Positions 40,994 through 50,306 of a stretch of 64,000 bases of DNA are shown piece after piece. The notes under the pieces were generated by a model that was not told the origin of the DNA, did not search any database, and saw only the letters and a list, made by a program, of their open reading frames with translations. Position numbers and translations under genes: made by a program. Numbering within the stretch: the first letter of the stretch is position 1; each line of letters begins with the position of its first letter. This DNA comes from Promethearchaeota archaeon (GTDB lineage Archaea; Asgardarchaeota; Thorarchaeia; Thorarchaeales; Thorarchaeaceae), in contig WJMJ01000059.1 of the NCBI GenBank assembly GCA_014728035.1, positions 224,001 to 288,000 of the forward strand. Reading direction: 5' to 3'.

Positions 40994-42316
40994 GTGATTA
41001 CTCAGAGAGGCTTTGTGGTGCTATTTGGAGGAATTCTTTTACTTACTAGTGGGTTTTCCTTCTATAATTTCTATTTGACTCTGTTAGGGGTCTATCTAAT
41101 TGTAGGGCTCGTTGTCACCTTGCCCCTCTTTGCAACCACCGCTAATATCGCTGGCATCGAGGTCGAACGTCGCATTAGCAAAGTGAAAGTCTTCTCTGGC
41201 GACTTCCTCCGGGTTCGAGTCACTGTGAAAAACACCTCTAGAAGGCACTTCGATTTCATCGAATGCTGGGACCGCTTTCCAGAAGTTTGGACGCTTGCAA
41301 TTGGTGAAAATTTCATTGCATCTCGGATTGAGCCGAACAGTAGTATAACCTTCTCGTATATACTCCAAGTTCGGATGCGTGGTCGGTACTATCTTGGTCC
41401 GACAGAGATAATCCTTCGAGACCGTCTGGGACTGCACTATTATCGACGTATAGTATTTGAGAAAACTGAGATTCTTGTGTATCCTACTTGGAAAGATGTT
41501 CGCCGTTTGGAATCGATGGGAAAACAGAGGCAGCTTGGACTCATGTTTGGCGCACACAGAACCAAAATCATTGGGATGGGTACTGACTTTGCAGGATTTC
41601 GAGAGTACCAGCCTGGAGACTCGTTCCGTTCTATTGACTGGAAGAGTAGTGCAAAACGGGGCGAGATGATGATTCGTCAATATGAGATGGAGAAGAACAT
41701 CCAGGTCGTATGTATGGTTGATACAAGTGGTAGTATGGGTAATGGATATCCCGAGAATACGAAATTGGAATATGCAATTCGAGCTGCGGTTCTATTGACT
41801 CATATGGGTCTCGAAAGAAAGGATCTTGTCGGCACATGTGTATTCAGTGAACTTGTTCATTCTTATGTTCCACCTTCAACACGACCAAATCACATGTACG
41901 ATGTTCTAGAAGCACTAGCAATGGCTGAGCCTTCTGGTTGGAGTGATTACGAATCTGCTATTTCCTATGTTATTTCCCAGACGCAAAAACGATCCTTTAT
42001 CATATGGCTTACTGATTTAGAAGAGAGTCCTGCTCCACTATTGAACGCTATGAAGACACTTGTTGCAAATGGGCACAAAGCTATGGTGATAAGTCCCTTT
42101 GGACCTTGGTTTGAAGCTCCTGTAGGACAATTCGGTCCGGTTGACAAAGTCTTAGCTGAAGCAGTTTCAGAAGAGTTATGGGAGCGAAGAACAAAGATTG
42201 CTAAAGCTCTGGCTCGTTTTGGTATTTCAGTAGTAAATGTTGGACCTGAAGACTTTCTTCCTACAATTATCAAGCAATATGAAACTGCTAAACAAAGAGG
42301 AGTTGCTATGTTTTGA
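40994..42316 (+). CDS. DUF58 protein with vWA/MIDAS motif
   Basis: Two N-terminal TMs, ILVYP, REYQPGD..RSIDWKSSA, DTSGS MIDAS. Confidence 0.93.
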   Translation: MITQRGFVVLFGGILLLTSGFSFYNFYLTLLGVYLIVGLVVTLPLFATTANIAGIEVERRISKVKVFSGDFLRVRVTVKNTSRRHFDFIECWDRFPEVWTLAIGENFIASRIEPNSSITFSYILQVRMRGRYYLGPTEIILRDRLGLHYYRRIVFEKTEILVYPTWKDVRRLESMGKQRQLGLMFGAHRTKIIGMGTDFAGFREYQPGDSFRSIDWKSSAKRGEMMIRQYEMEKNIQVVCMVDTSGSMGNGYPENTKLEYAIRAAVLLTHMGLERKDLVGTCVFSELVHSYVPPSTRPNHMYDVLEALAMAEPSGWSDYESAISYVISQTQKRSFIIWLTDLEESPAPLLNAMKTLVANGHKAMVISPFGPWFEAPVGQFGPVDKVLAEAVSEELWERRTKIAKALARFGISVVNVGPEDFLPTIIKQYETAKQRGVAMF

Positions 42317-43686
42317 AAGTCGTCACTTGGGTTCTTCGAATTCTCTCTATCGCTGCATTCGTGTATATGGCATATCTTGTCTATAGTATTATGTCTGCTC
42401 TCGGAGTTTGGGATTGGAGTGCTCCGTACGATTACATAGTTACCGTATTTCGATTGCTATCACTAATTGTATTCTTCATATCGATAGTAGTGTTTTCAGG
42501 AATAATTGCTTCAGTGCTAGGGGCTATACCAGGCGGACTTGTTTCAGGATTGTACAATACTCTCGTGCTACGATTATGGTATCTACAACCATACCGTGTT
42601 GACGGCCCCCTAACTGATGTAAATGCCGCTTTTGCTCAGTTTCTAAATAATATCATGGACCTTGCGACCTATCTCTTTGAAACTACTTTCATCTTTCTGT
42701 ACTTCCTCTGTGCAGGTGTTGGCATTGCATTGTTTCTGCAATCTCTTGTTAGAATGGAACACAAATACGTTGCTGGAGCTTTTATTTCAATACAGGTCAT
42801 TCTTATTCTAGGTGCCTATAAGGGATTAGAAGTTATAGATATGAATCCGGTTCCAGTTGATTTTGTCACATTTATTTTTCAAAGCGCACAAATATTGGCT
42901 TTGGTGTCTTTTGCTTATCTTGAGATTAGTTATCAAATGATATACAGTTATTCTGTTGGAAAACCTGTTGAAGATCGCGAAGAAACCCTCAAAAAACAAC
43001 TTCTGGCTTTAAGAAAAGCTACCAGAAAACAGGATGCAATTGAAAGAGAGAAAATCTCGTCGAGTGGAATGAGTAGGTCTTCGGGAGCAACAGTCTTTTC
43101 TTTTGTGCGAGAGGCAATTGAGAGAAAGACAATTGGAGAACAAGATGCCTTAGAAAATTTGGATGCGATTTCTGATGTACGGCGTCTTCAGATATTTGTT
43201 GATGAGCTTCTATCTTCAGACCCTGATGCTCGTGATGAGCTTACTGCAAAAGCAGCTGCCCCCTCATCTTTCTATGTTATATCTTCAACAATAATGGGAT
43301 CTGCTATCAGATTCGTTAGTGTCCTTGCTTTATCATTTCTACTAATCAATCCTCAATTCATTATGGATTTGCTGAACCTGACCCCAGGAATACAAAATAG
43401 TGCTGAGTTGAATCAACCTGAAATAATCCTTCTGTTCCTTGTTCCGCTTATTCTACTCTTCCCCTTTGTTGCTATGGTTATCAGCTCGTTTGTGAATACT
43501 GAAGAAGAAAAAGAAGAATTAACCCCTGAAGAGAAAGAAGCAGAAAAAGAACGCAAACGTAAGCTGAAAGAATTGAAGAAAGAAGCTGAAATAGCACGAA
43601 AAGAGCGAGAAAAAGCTAAACGTGGGAAAAAGAAGGGTGAGGGTGATGAATGGGATCGAGCTCTTGAAGAAACCTACGGTGTCTAG
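42313..43686 (+). CDS. Multi-pass membrane protein of unknown function
   Basis: About 8 hydrophobic segments, a charged internal loop and a Lys/Glu tail; overlaps the DUF58 stop. Confidence 0.75.
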   Translation: MKVVTWVLRILSIAAFVYMAYLVYSIMSALGVWDWSAPYDYIVTVFRLLSLIVFFISIVVFSGIIASVLGAIPGGLVSGLYNTLVLRLWYLQPYRVDGPLTDVNAAFAQFLNNIMDLATYLFETTFIFLYFLCAGVGIALFLQSLVRMEHKYVAGAFISIQVILILGAYKGLEVIDMNPVPVDFVTFIFQSAQILALVSFAYLEISYQMIYSYSVGKPVEDREETLKKQLLALRKATRKQDAIEREKISSSGMSRSSGATVFSFVREAIERKTIGEQDALENLDAISDVRRLQIFVDELLSSDPDARDELTAKAAAPSSFYVISSTIMGSAIRFVSVLALSFLLINPQFIMDLLNLTPGIQNSAELNQPEIILLFLVPLILLFPFVAMVISSFVNTEEEKEELTPEEKEAEKERKRKLKELKKEAEIARKEREKAKRGKKKGEGDEWDRALEETYGV

Positions 43687-43697
43687 GGGATGGCATA

Positions 43698-44675
43698 GTG
43701 ACTGAAGACGCAGTTATAGTTTCTCATGGAGATTTGGATGGAATCACATCTGGTGCGATTGCTCTCTGTGTTTTTCCAAGTGCCCACTTTTATTTTTCGA
43801 AACCTTCTCAGATTGCTAACGATCTGTATCGAATTGCCAAATACAGACCTTCTGTTGTTTCTGTTAGTGATATAGCTGTGAATGCAAAAAGATTTGATAC
43901 TCTACTAAGAGCATTAGATAGATTTCCCACTTCTACCAAAATTCACTGGATTGATCACCATCCAATTAAGAGCAGTATGAAAAAGGAGCTTTCACAAAGA
44001 GTAGATGTTTTCCATGAAATTGGTCCTTGCGCTGCAGAACTGGTTTATCGTCGTTTTCAATCCAGTTTGACTGACCATGCAGCCCGTCTTGCATTATATG
44101 GGGCGATTGGCGATTACTGTGATAATACTCCCTTTGTAAAAGACCATCTGGAAGACTACGATAAACGGACATTGTATCTTGAAGCAGGAATTCTTGTTCA
44201 GGCACTTCAAGAAATAGATTATAGAAATGCATCAAAAGATTTGGTGCGGGAGCTCTCATTAGGTATTGAACCAAGCTCGATGAATGATATTGTTGCCTTA
44301 GCTATCAAAGCCACAAGAATCGAGCATGAAGTATTCAGATATGTGACGGCTAATTCAAGAAAAATAGGTCCGATTGGATACGTTCTAGACATTCCAATTA
44401 GTGGTTATCGTGGGAAGAGCGCGAAATTCTCCGCATTTGCAACCGACTCGCAAATTGGTATAAGTGCACGTTCTTCAAATGATGAAATTGACATGTCCAT
44501 TAGAAGAAGAAGATCCACAATAGATCTCAATAGTGCTCTTGATAATGTTCTATCCGATATTCCAAATGCGCAGGGTGGAGGCCATCCAGCCGCTGCGGGT
44601 GCGTCTATGGATAAATCTGACTTTCCAAAGTTTCTTCAAACGCTATCTGAATATGTTGACAAATTCTCTAAATGA
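43698..44675 (+). CDS. DHH/DHHA1 phosphoesterase
   Basis: SHGDLDG, WIDHH, GGGHPAAAGA. Confidence 0.92.
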   Translation: MTEDAVIVSHGDLDGITSGAIALCVFPSAHFYFSKPSQIANDLYRIAKYRPSVVSVSDIAVNAKRFDTLLRALDRFPTSTKIHWIDHHPIKSSMKKELSQRVDVFHEIGPCAAELVYRRFQSSLTDHAARLALYGAIGDYCDNTPFVKDHLEDYDKRTLYLEAGILVQALQEIDYRNASKDLVRELSLGIEPSSMNDIVALAIKATRIEHEVFRYVTANSRKIGPIGYVLDIPISGYRGKSAKFSAFATDSQIGISARSSNDEIDMSIRRRRSTIDLNSALDNVLSDIPNAQGGGHPAAAGASMDKSDFPKFLQTLSEYVDKFSK

Positions 44676-46881
44676 GTAGTATCATTGCGTTCCACATTAC
44701 CCAAATTACTGTAACGATAGCCTCTCCCGCTACAATTCCACTCATTATCCTGTTTGTCTTTTCTTGTTTTGCACTACATGTAGCTAAATCCACAGTTTCA
44801 GATTCTTCCTTCTTTTGTTTTTCAATTCTATATTGGATAAGCCCACCAAGCAACATAGTAACAGTTGTGGCCGGTGGCACAAGAAGTCCTACAGCAAGGC
44901 TGATTGAACTGAGATTCTTATTATTCAGATACCTCCCCATCATAAATCCTGATATTCCAAACGAGATTAAATATACGAAGCTCAAAAGGGGATGAACTCC
45001 TGGAAACTGACCTATTCCTGGCAGTTGGAAGTTCGTTAGTCCAGTAAGACTTGTTACAAGAAATCCAAATAGTTGAGCAGCAGGACTAGGAAATTCTGTT
45101 CCACCAAAACCATAAGAATCGAAGATGAAAAATGTAATCCAAGATCCAACAATCGTGCCTAATATAGCTCCAATAAAGACTGCTTTTAGTATGTCTCTTC
45201 CACGCACACCAGTAAGCCTTCCTAGTTTTAGATGGACCAAGACTGCAATTGCAGCGTCTTGAAGCGCACCTAACATTGACATGAAGGTTGTAATCGCTTG
45301 AAATGTGACTCTGAAGAAGAGTATAGCTGGAATCGCCATCATGTCGGAGATATATCCTGCTAACATGCCTGTTTCACTAATTGCACGTGCAGTGAAATAT
45401 GCAGAAACCATTGCTACAGGAGTTCCTAGAATGAAGAGGAGCCAGTGGATCTGGAGATTTGAAAAAGGGGTAATTATTGAGAATATTATTATCCCCACAA
45501 TGATAAAGATTGATAATGAAACGAATGCCACCCAAGGAGGTAGTTGCCCCCTTCTACTTCGCAAATACTCTCGTGGGTTGGAAATCATTTCTTTGATTTC
45601 TGCTCGAAACATGTCAAACGAGAATAAATGCTCCTGGACTCTTGCAAGTTCTTTTACACTGCTGACCTTATGCGGACGTTCAATGATGAAGTGATGTCCT
45701 TCCGCTGAACCCCCTATCACTTGTTGTTCAGCTATTTTCTCAAAATCTTCAGGATTTATTTCATCTGCCCTTGTTGAGAGTACATCTCCAGCAATTACTG
45801 AAGCAAAAACTCCTAATGCGATATATAGTATCTCTGGTCTCCTGAGATGCTCATCATATAGAACACTTCCACTGGCCCCCTCTAAGAATATCCAGATTAG
45901 AAGTGTAAGCACACTACCTATTGCCATAATTGCTGTTCTTTTCCAGCCTACGAAATAGCCTATCCCAGCAATCAGAGGGGAATTTGACAATCCAATCCAA
46001 TCTGGAACCATACTACTTCCTGGGATTATTGGAGCAAGTGAATGTGGGATTGTAGAAATATTATTTCCGGTTGACATTTCAACAAGCTTCATTGTACCAG
46101 TCCATGTTGTTGAGCCTGCTAATCCTATAATGACCGATTTTCTTGCATTAACATCTGATCCCAGAGAAGTGATACATTGTGCTTGAGGAATGACTTGTGG
46201 CCATGGGTCATTTTCAAATCTTTCTCGAAAGGGTAGCAATAAGACCAAACCAAAAAACGCACTAACTCCCGTTACAAATACAATAAACGGATATGTGATC
46301 AAGTCAGCTGCAACTTCAGGTCGAAAGATTGCGATTGCTGGGAACGTTATCAACACGCCCAATGAAATCATACTAGACCCATTTGCAATGGTTACCACTA
46401 TTGTGTTTTCTTCAGGAGTATATTGTCCAAAAAGACTCAATACCAAGAATCCCAATAGCTCAGCCCCAACAAAATATACAATTCCAATCTTCAGTGCTAG
46501 ATAAATTCCAAGAAATGTCATCACAACACCGACAATTAATCCCGTTCCCATCGCCCTTTTAGTAAGTGGGAACTTTGGCACACTCATCAATAACCCGTAG
46601 AGCATAAGCCCTCCACATGCCATAATTACTACTTCCGAGAAAACCCCAAATACCCACATAGCTGAAAAATATAGAATAATCAAGGATAGAATGACTACAA
46701 GTCCTCTTTTTGTTATGGGGTCATTAAGTAGTGCACCATAAAGTAATCCTAGTGTACTAAGTATTGCAATCGCAATACCAATGTCAAATCTTGAGTTAGC
46801 AATAACAAATACTACATAAATCAATCCCGCCACATAGAGTCCTGCCAATAGAGTCCTTGTGGAATTAGGGACCTGATTCAT
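44668..46881 (-). CDS. OPT/YSL-family oligopeptide transporter with extra N-terminal TMs
   Basis: YLALKIG, TPEENTIV, FPAI, FPSPAA, SGIVAGEAI; many TMs. Confidence 0.78.
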   Translation of the reverse strand: MNQVPNSTRTLLAGLYVAGLIYVVFVIANSRFDIGIAIAILSTLGLLYGALLNDPITKRGLVVILSLIILYFSAMWVFGVFSEVVIMACGGLMLYGLLMSVPKFPLTKRAMGTGLIVGVVMTFLGIYLALKIGIVYFVGAELLGFLVLSLFGQYTPEENTIVVTIANGSSMISLGVLITFPAIAIFRPEVAADLITYPFIVFVTGVSAFFGLVLLLPFRERFENDPWPQVIPQAQCITSLGSDVNARKSVIIGLAGSTTWTGTMKLVEMSTGNNISTIPHSLAPIIPGSSMVPDWIGLSNSPLIAGIGYFVGWKRTAIMAIGSVLTLLIWIFLEGASGSVLYDEHLRRPEILYIALGVFASVIAGDVLSTRADEINPEDFEKIAEQQVIGGSAEGHHFIIERPHKVSSVKELARVQEHLFSFDMFRAEIKEMISNPREYLRSRRGQLPPWVAFVSLSIFIIVGIIIFSIITPFSNLQIHWLLFILGTPVAMVSAYFTARAISETGMLAGYISDMMAIPAILFFRVTFQAITTFMSMLGALQDAAIAVLVHLKLGRLTGVRGRDILKAVFIGAILGTIVGSWITFFIFDSYGFGGTEFPSPAAQLFGFLVTSLTGLTNFQLPGIGQFPGVHPLLSFVYLISFGISGFMMGRYLNNKNLSSISLAVGLLVPPATTVTMLLGGLIQYRIEKQKKEESETVDLATCSAKQEKTNRIMSGIVAGEAIVTVIWVMWNAMILLI

Positions 46882-46941
46882 CTTGACTTCTCCAAATTAT
46901 TTGTAATAATTTATAATTGATAGCAGATGTTGAATGGATAT

Positions 46942-47250
46942 TTATTGTTTATGAACTGATTTGACGATAGATAGCACTTCGCCTGCACTCATTCCAAATA
47001 TTTGTAGTATCTTCTCTCTTGAACGATGCCCTCTAACAAGGAGAATCTCACTTGACGAACGGCCAAGAAGTTTTGAAAGACGTTTTACTAACTCGGTATT
47101 TGCTTTACCCTCTCTTGCAGCAGACTTGAGATTAATTACAATCCATTTTTGTTCTATTTCTGCAACTAGATTCTCTTCTCTTGATTTTGGTTTTACAACC
47201 ACACGTAAGAAACAGCCTTGGTCAGAATCCCATGTTATACTATCTTTCAT
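46942..47250 (-). CDS. DUF167 (UPF0235/YggU) protein
   Basis: VVVKPKS, AAREGKANTELVK.L, GHRSREK. Confidence 0.92.
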   Translation of the reverse strand: MKDSITWDSDQGCFLRVVVKPKSREENLVAEIEQKWIVINLKSAAREGKANTELVKRLSKLLGRSSSEILLVRGHRSREKILQIFGMSAGEVLSIVKSVHKQ

Positions 47251-47389
47251 GATGGTGATTAGAGAAACATCCTATTTGAGTATGTTTGGATGTATATAAT
47301 GAAAAGGGGGGAGCTATTCGGAATTGTTTTTTATGTTCCTGACATATAGGATTACTTAGACCGTATTTCAAAGACGGGGTGAAATGAAA

Positions 47390-47770
47390 ATGAGCGACCC
47401 AGTAATGGATGCATATACTCAAGCATACGAGGCATCTGGTCAGATGGTCCAAGCGTTTGGAGTCATCACGACAGGTGGACAGGTACTATGGCAAAGCGAT
47501 AACTGGGACCTTACTGCTGATGCCCAATCCCTAGCCGGTGCTGTTGGAAAGGGTGTTGCCAGTGTTACACAAAATGAGGTCAAATATAGTACCATTCGAT
47601 CAAGCCCAGAGAGCCTAGTTGCTCGAAGTGTTTCTGGAAATGGAACTCTAGTACTTGCCAAGATTGAAGATGGGAAGTTTGTGATTGCATGGGCTTCTCC
47701 TGATGCGGCTCCTGACGGCGTCTATGTAGATGTTGATCGTGCCGCAAAAGCACTGAAAGGCAAGGTTTAG
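47390..47770 (+). CDS. Asgard-type profilin (copy 1)
   Basis: GQVLWQSDNWDL...VKYSTIRSSPESLVA...GNGTLVL resembles Loki profilin QTENW...IKYMIVE...GKGHVL (recalled, not searched); GGGGTGA SD. Confidence 0.82.
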   Translation: MSDPVMDAYTQAYEASGQMVQAFGVITTGGQVLWQSDNWDLTADAQSLAGAVGKGVASVTQNEVKYSTIRSSPESLVARSVSGNGTLVLAKIEDGKFVIAWASPDAAPDGVYVDVDRAAKALKGKV

Positions 47771-47787
47771 TTGAATATATTCGGAAC

Positions 47788-47818
47788 AGGACATGGGCCA
47801 GGAAATATGCCCTGTCCT
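47788..47818 (+). terminator. Intergenic hairpin between the two profilin genes
   Basis: AGGACA-T-GGGC / GCCC-TGTCCT with a 10-nt loop, starting 18 nt after the stop. Confidence 0.5.
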
Positions 47819-47852
47819 CTCCAAGGTTTTTGATTCGTTGGTGAATTGGATA

Positions 47853-48227
47853 ATGGATGATATAATAAATCAAGAATGGCAGTATCTCTATTCATACAAT
47901 CCTAAGATTAAGGCATTTTGTGTCTGTAAAGGCTCTGAAGTCATTTGGCAGACATCTAATTGGGATCTTGTTTCAGATGCGCCAACAATAATACGTGCTC
48001 CACGTGAAAGTGCTCAAAAAGTTGTGGTAAATGGAGTAACGTATAATCGTGTAGACTCAAATGCTGAACGCTATATTGCATCAGCAACTGGAGATCAGGG
48101 TCATCTAATTGTGGCTCTAATTGAACTTGATAATTGGGCGATAGCTTGGGCAACTTCTGATGCTGTTCCTGAGCTGGCAGGTATTGATCTGGCTTATTCC
48201 GCAATACAACTTGTTGGAAATCTATAG
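47853..48227 (+). CDS. Asgard-type profilin (copy 2)
   Basis: VIWQTSNWDL, VNGVTY, GDQGHLIV, IAWATSDA.P align with copy 1; ATG 47853 behind GGTGA. Confidence 0.8.
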   Translation: MDDIINQEWQYLYSYNPKIKAFCVCKGSEVIWQTSNWDLVSDAPTIIRAPRESAQKVVVNGVTYNRVDSNAERYIASATGDQGHLIVALIELDNWAIAWATSDAVPELAGIDLAYSAIQLVGNL

Positions 48228-48303
48228 AATCTTTACTCAACTTTCAAAAGTAATTGGTTCTATTTTCTATAAAGAGTATCAGTTAATTCAGGTCGGAAAT
48301 TGT

Positions 48304-49194
48304 ATGCGCGAAACAACCCACGATGATGTAAAAGAATTATACAAGAAAGGTATTCAGTATGAACGATTTGGCGAGCTTAATGCCGCAGAAGAGGTTCTAC
48401 AAAATGCTGTAGCAATCGATGAACAATTTTCTGATGTTTGGAACTTGCTTGGAATTGTGTATAAAAAGAAGAGAGACATTGAAAAATCTAGACATGCATT
48501 GAAAAAAGCGGGGTCTCTCGATCCAGATTGGGCTGAACCTTGGATGCATCTGGGACTATTAGAACTCGATAATCATCAATTTGAAGATGCGATTTCCGCA
48601 CTGGAAAAGTACGTTAGCTTAGGAGGGGATGATACACACGTATTGATTCGTTTAAGTAGGACGTATAGTGATAGGAACGATTGCGAATCAGTCATCAGAA
48701 TAACAAAGAAAATTTTGAAACTTGAGCCAAATAATACTGAAGCTTGGTCATTACGTGGTTTGTGTGAAAAGAAACTCTCTCTAGAAGACGAAGCCCTCGA
48801 AAGTCTGAGCAAATCCTTGGAATTGAAATCCAATCAAGTTACTGTTCTTGACGCTATAGGCGCGATTTATTATGATCGTGGAGACTTCGAGAAATCGTTA
48901 GAGTATTACGGTCCAAGTCTAGAGATTGAGCCAATTAATGTGCCAGTTCTTTTCAGATACGGTACATCTCTGTGGTTTACAGGTGATTGGCAGAGGGCCT
49001 TGGACTATTTGCAAAAATATGTAGAATTATCTCCAGATGATGCAAAAGGATGGAATAATCTTGGTGTGGCATATCGAGAAAAGGGGGAAGTGAAACGAGC
49101 TTTGGAGTGTTTTAAGAGAGCTATAAATCTAGCTCCAAATATGGAAACCGCACAAAGTAATCTTGATATGGGCACCAAACATGCGCTTCCGTAG
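48304..49194 (+). CDS. TPR-repeat protein
   Basis: About 8 34-aa repeats, e.g. WNLLGIVY, WNNLGVAY...ALECFKRAINLAP. Confidence 0.92.
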   Translation: MRETTHDDVKELYKKGIQYERFGELNAAEEVLQNAVAIDEQFSDVWNLLGIVYKKKRDIEKSRHALKKAGSLDPDWAEPWMHLGLLELDNHQFEDAISALEKYVSLGGDDTHVLIRLSRTYSDRNDCESVIRITKKILKLEPNNTEAWSLRGLCEKKLSLEDEALESLSKSLELKSNQVTVLDAIGAIYYDRGDFEKSLEYYGPSLEIEPINVPVLFRYGTSLWFTGDWQRALDYLQKYVELSPDDAKGWNNLGVAYREKGEVKRALECFKRAINLAPNMETAQSNLDMGTKHALP

Positions 49195-49198
49195 CCTG

Positions 49199-49954
49199 TT
49201 ATCCAAATATTATCTCGCGCATTCTTTGTTGAATCTCTTGAAACTCTGATAACCCACTAGCTCGAAGTCTTACTAACCAATCATACAGCTTTAGAGCTTT
49301 TTCGTCTGCAACATCTCCCTTTACCATTTTGATGATTGGTCTTCTATTATCAAAATAGATTTCATCGGTTTTGACTAATAGTTCTACAAGTTCGCTCTCT
49401 TTCTCTTCAGAGAGTTTAATTCCGAATACTTTTTCCAATCTTTCAATACTGGCCTTTGCGCTCTTGACTATTTCTGCCCTTTTCTGTGTGCTGTGAACTG
49501 TGACAACAAACCCTTTTGCAGTTCTTCGATAATAGTGTGTTGTACGTTTTCCAGTTTCAACCTTACCGTATTCTATGATATATCCCGCATCGATTAATTT
49601 TGGTAAATGATGATAGACCTGATTCTTGGTAATCTCTTCTACTCCTTCAAGGACCTCAGACTGATTCACAATCTCTACTACCGATAAGGCATATCGTTGT
49701 ATTTTTTTCACTCTGATAATTCGTTCCCCAGTTTCTTCATTGAACTCCTCTGTGGTTTGAGTGTCTTCTTTTCCTTTTCGTAGGATTTTAATGATACTCA
49801 ATCTTACTGGATCATCCAGCATTTGTGCTCGCTCGTCATCTTGCACAAATTCAATCTCTTTCATCTCCTTTTTTCCTTCTTCAGTAAGTTCAATTTCCTT
49901 TAGTGTGTCTGTGAGATTATCACTCATTGTTTGATCTTCCATATTCCTTTTCAC
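49199..49954 (-). CDS. ArsR-like winged-helix transcriptional regulator
   Basis: LDDPVRLSIIKIL, LSVVEI, ITKNQVYHHLPKLIDAGYI, YYRRTAK; start uncertain (49954, 49942 or 49927). Confidence 0.88.
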   Translation of the reverse strand: MKRNMEDQTMSDNLTDTLKEIELTEEGKKEMKEIEFVQDDERAQMLDDPVRLSIIKILRKGKEDTQTTEEFNEETGERIIRVKKIQRYALSVVEIVNQSEVLEGVEEITKNQVYHHLPKLIDAGYIIEYGKVETGKRTTHYYRRTAKGFVVTVHSTQKRAEIVKSAKASIERLEKVFGIKLSEEKESELVELLVKTDEIYFDNRRPIIKMVKGDVADEKALKLYDWLVRLRASGLSEFQEIQQRMREIIFG

Positions 49955-49982
49955 ACATACATCTTATGATTTTCCATATTAA

Positions 49983-50100
49983 AGTTTTGTTAACCAAACC
50001 ATTTTTAGACAAATACTTTATAATTTTTAGTTTGTAAAGCAAACCTTTATATTGATTTGAGTATACACTATAATTGTAAGATGGTTTGTTTTACAAACCA
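49983..50100. promoter_or_regulatory. Divergent promoter region with three copies of a 19-bp palindromic operator TGGTTTGT-N3-ACAAACCA
   Basis: 49983-50001 (13/16 match), 50028-50046 (13/16), 50082-50100 (16/16); TATA-like TTTATAT at 50046-50052 (+) and TTTAATAT at 49976-49983 (-). Confidence 0.8.
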
Positions 50101-50112
50101 AGGTGATTAACA

Positions 50113-50214
50113 ATGGCAGAAACAAAACAACAAGACTGCGATACCAAGAAGGAAATCCACGCAAAGGCCCCAAAGGCATTGGCGTTGTATCATGCATATA
50201 AATATCGGAGGTAA
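50113..50214 (+). CDS. Small basic peptide 1 (33 aa, MAETKQQDCDTKKEIHAKAPKALALYHAYKYRR)
   Basis: AGGTGA SD at 50101-50106; downstream of TATA and operator; similar to the next ORF. Confidence 0.65.
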   Translation: MAETKQQDCDTKKEIHAKAPKALALYHAYKYRR

Positions 50215-50219
50215 ATCTA

Positions 50220-50306
50220 ATGGCTCAAGAGAAAAATAAGACTGATAGAAAGATTCGAAGAGACATTTCGACTAAAGCAATCGGTTACTCATATCAATAC
50301 AGGTAG
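50220..50306 (+). CDS. Small basic peptide 2 (28 aa, MAQEKNKTDRKIRRDISTKAIGYSYQYR)
   Basis: GGAGGT SD at 50207-50212; shares MAxxK start and KA...YxYR end with peptide 1. Confidence 0.62.
   Translation: MAQEKNKTDRKIRRDISTKAIGYSYQYR

Noticed and set aside
48160-48303. N-terminal extensions in the ORF track (TPR, profilin 2, Alba, methyltransferase, PAC2, ThrC)
   Set aside because: Downstream starts, several with clear SD motifs, fit domain boundaries better; the extensions look like open-frame artefacts
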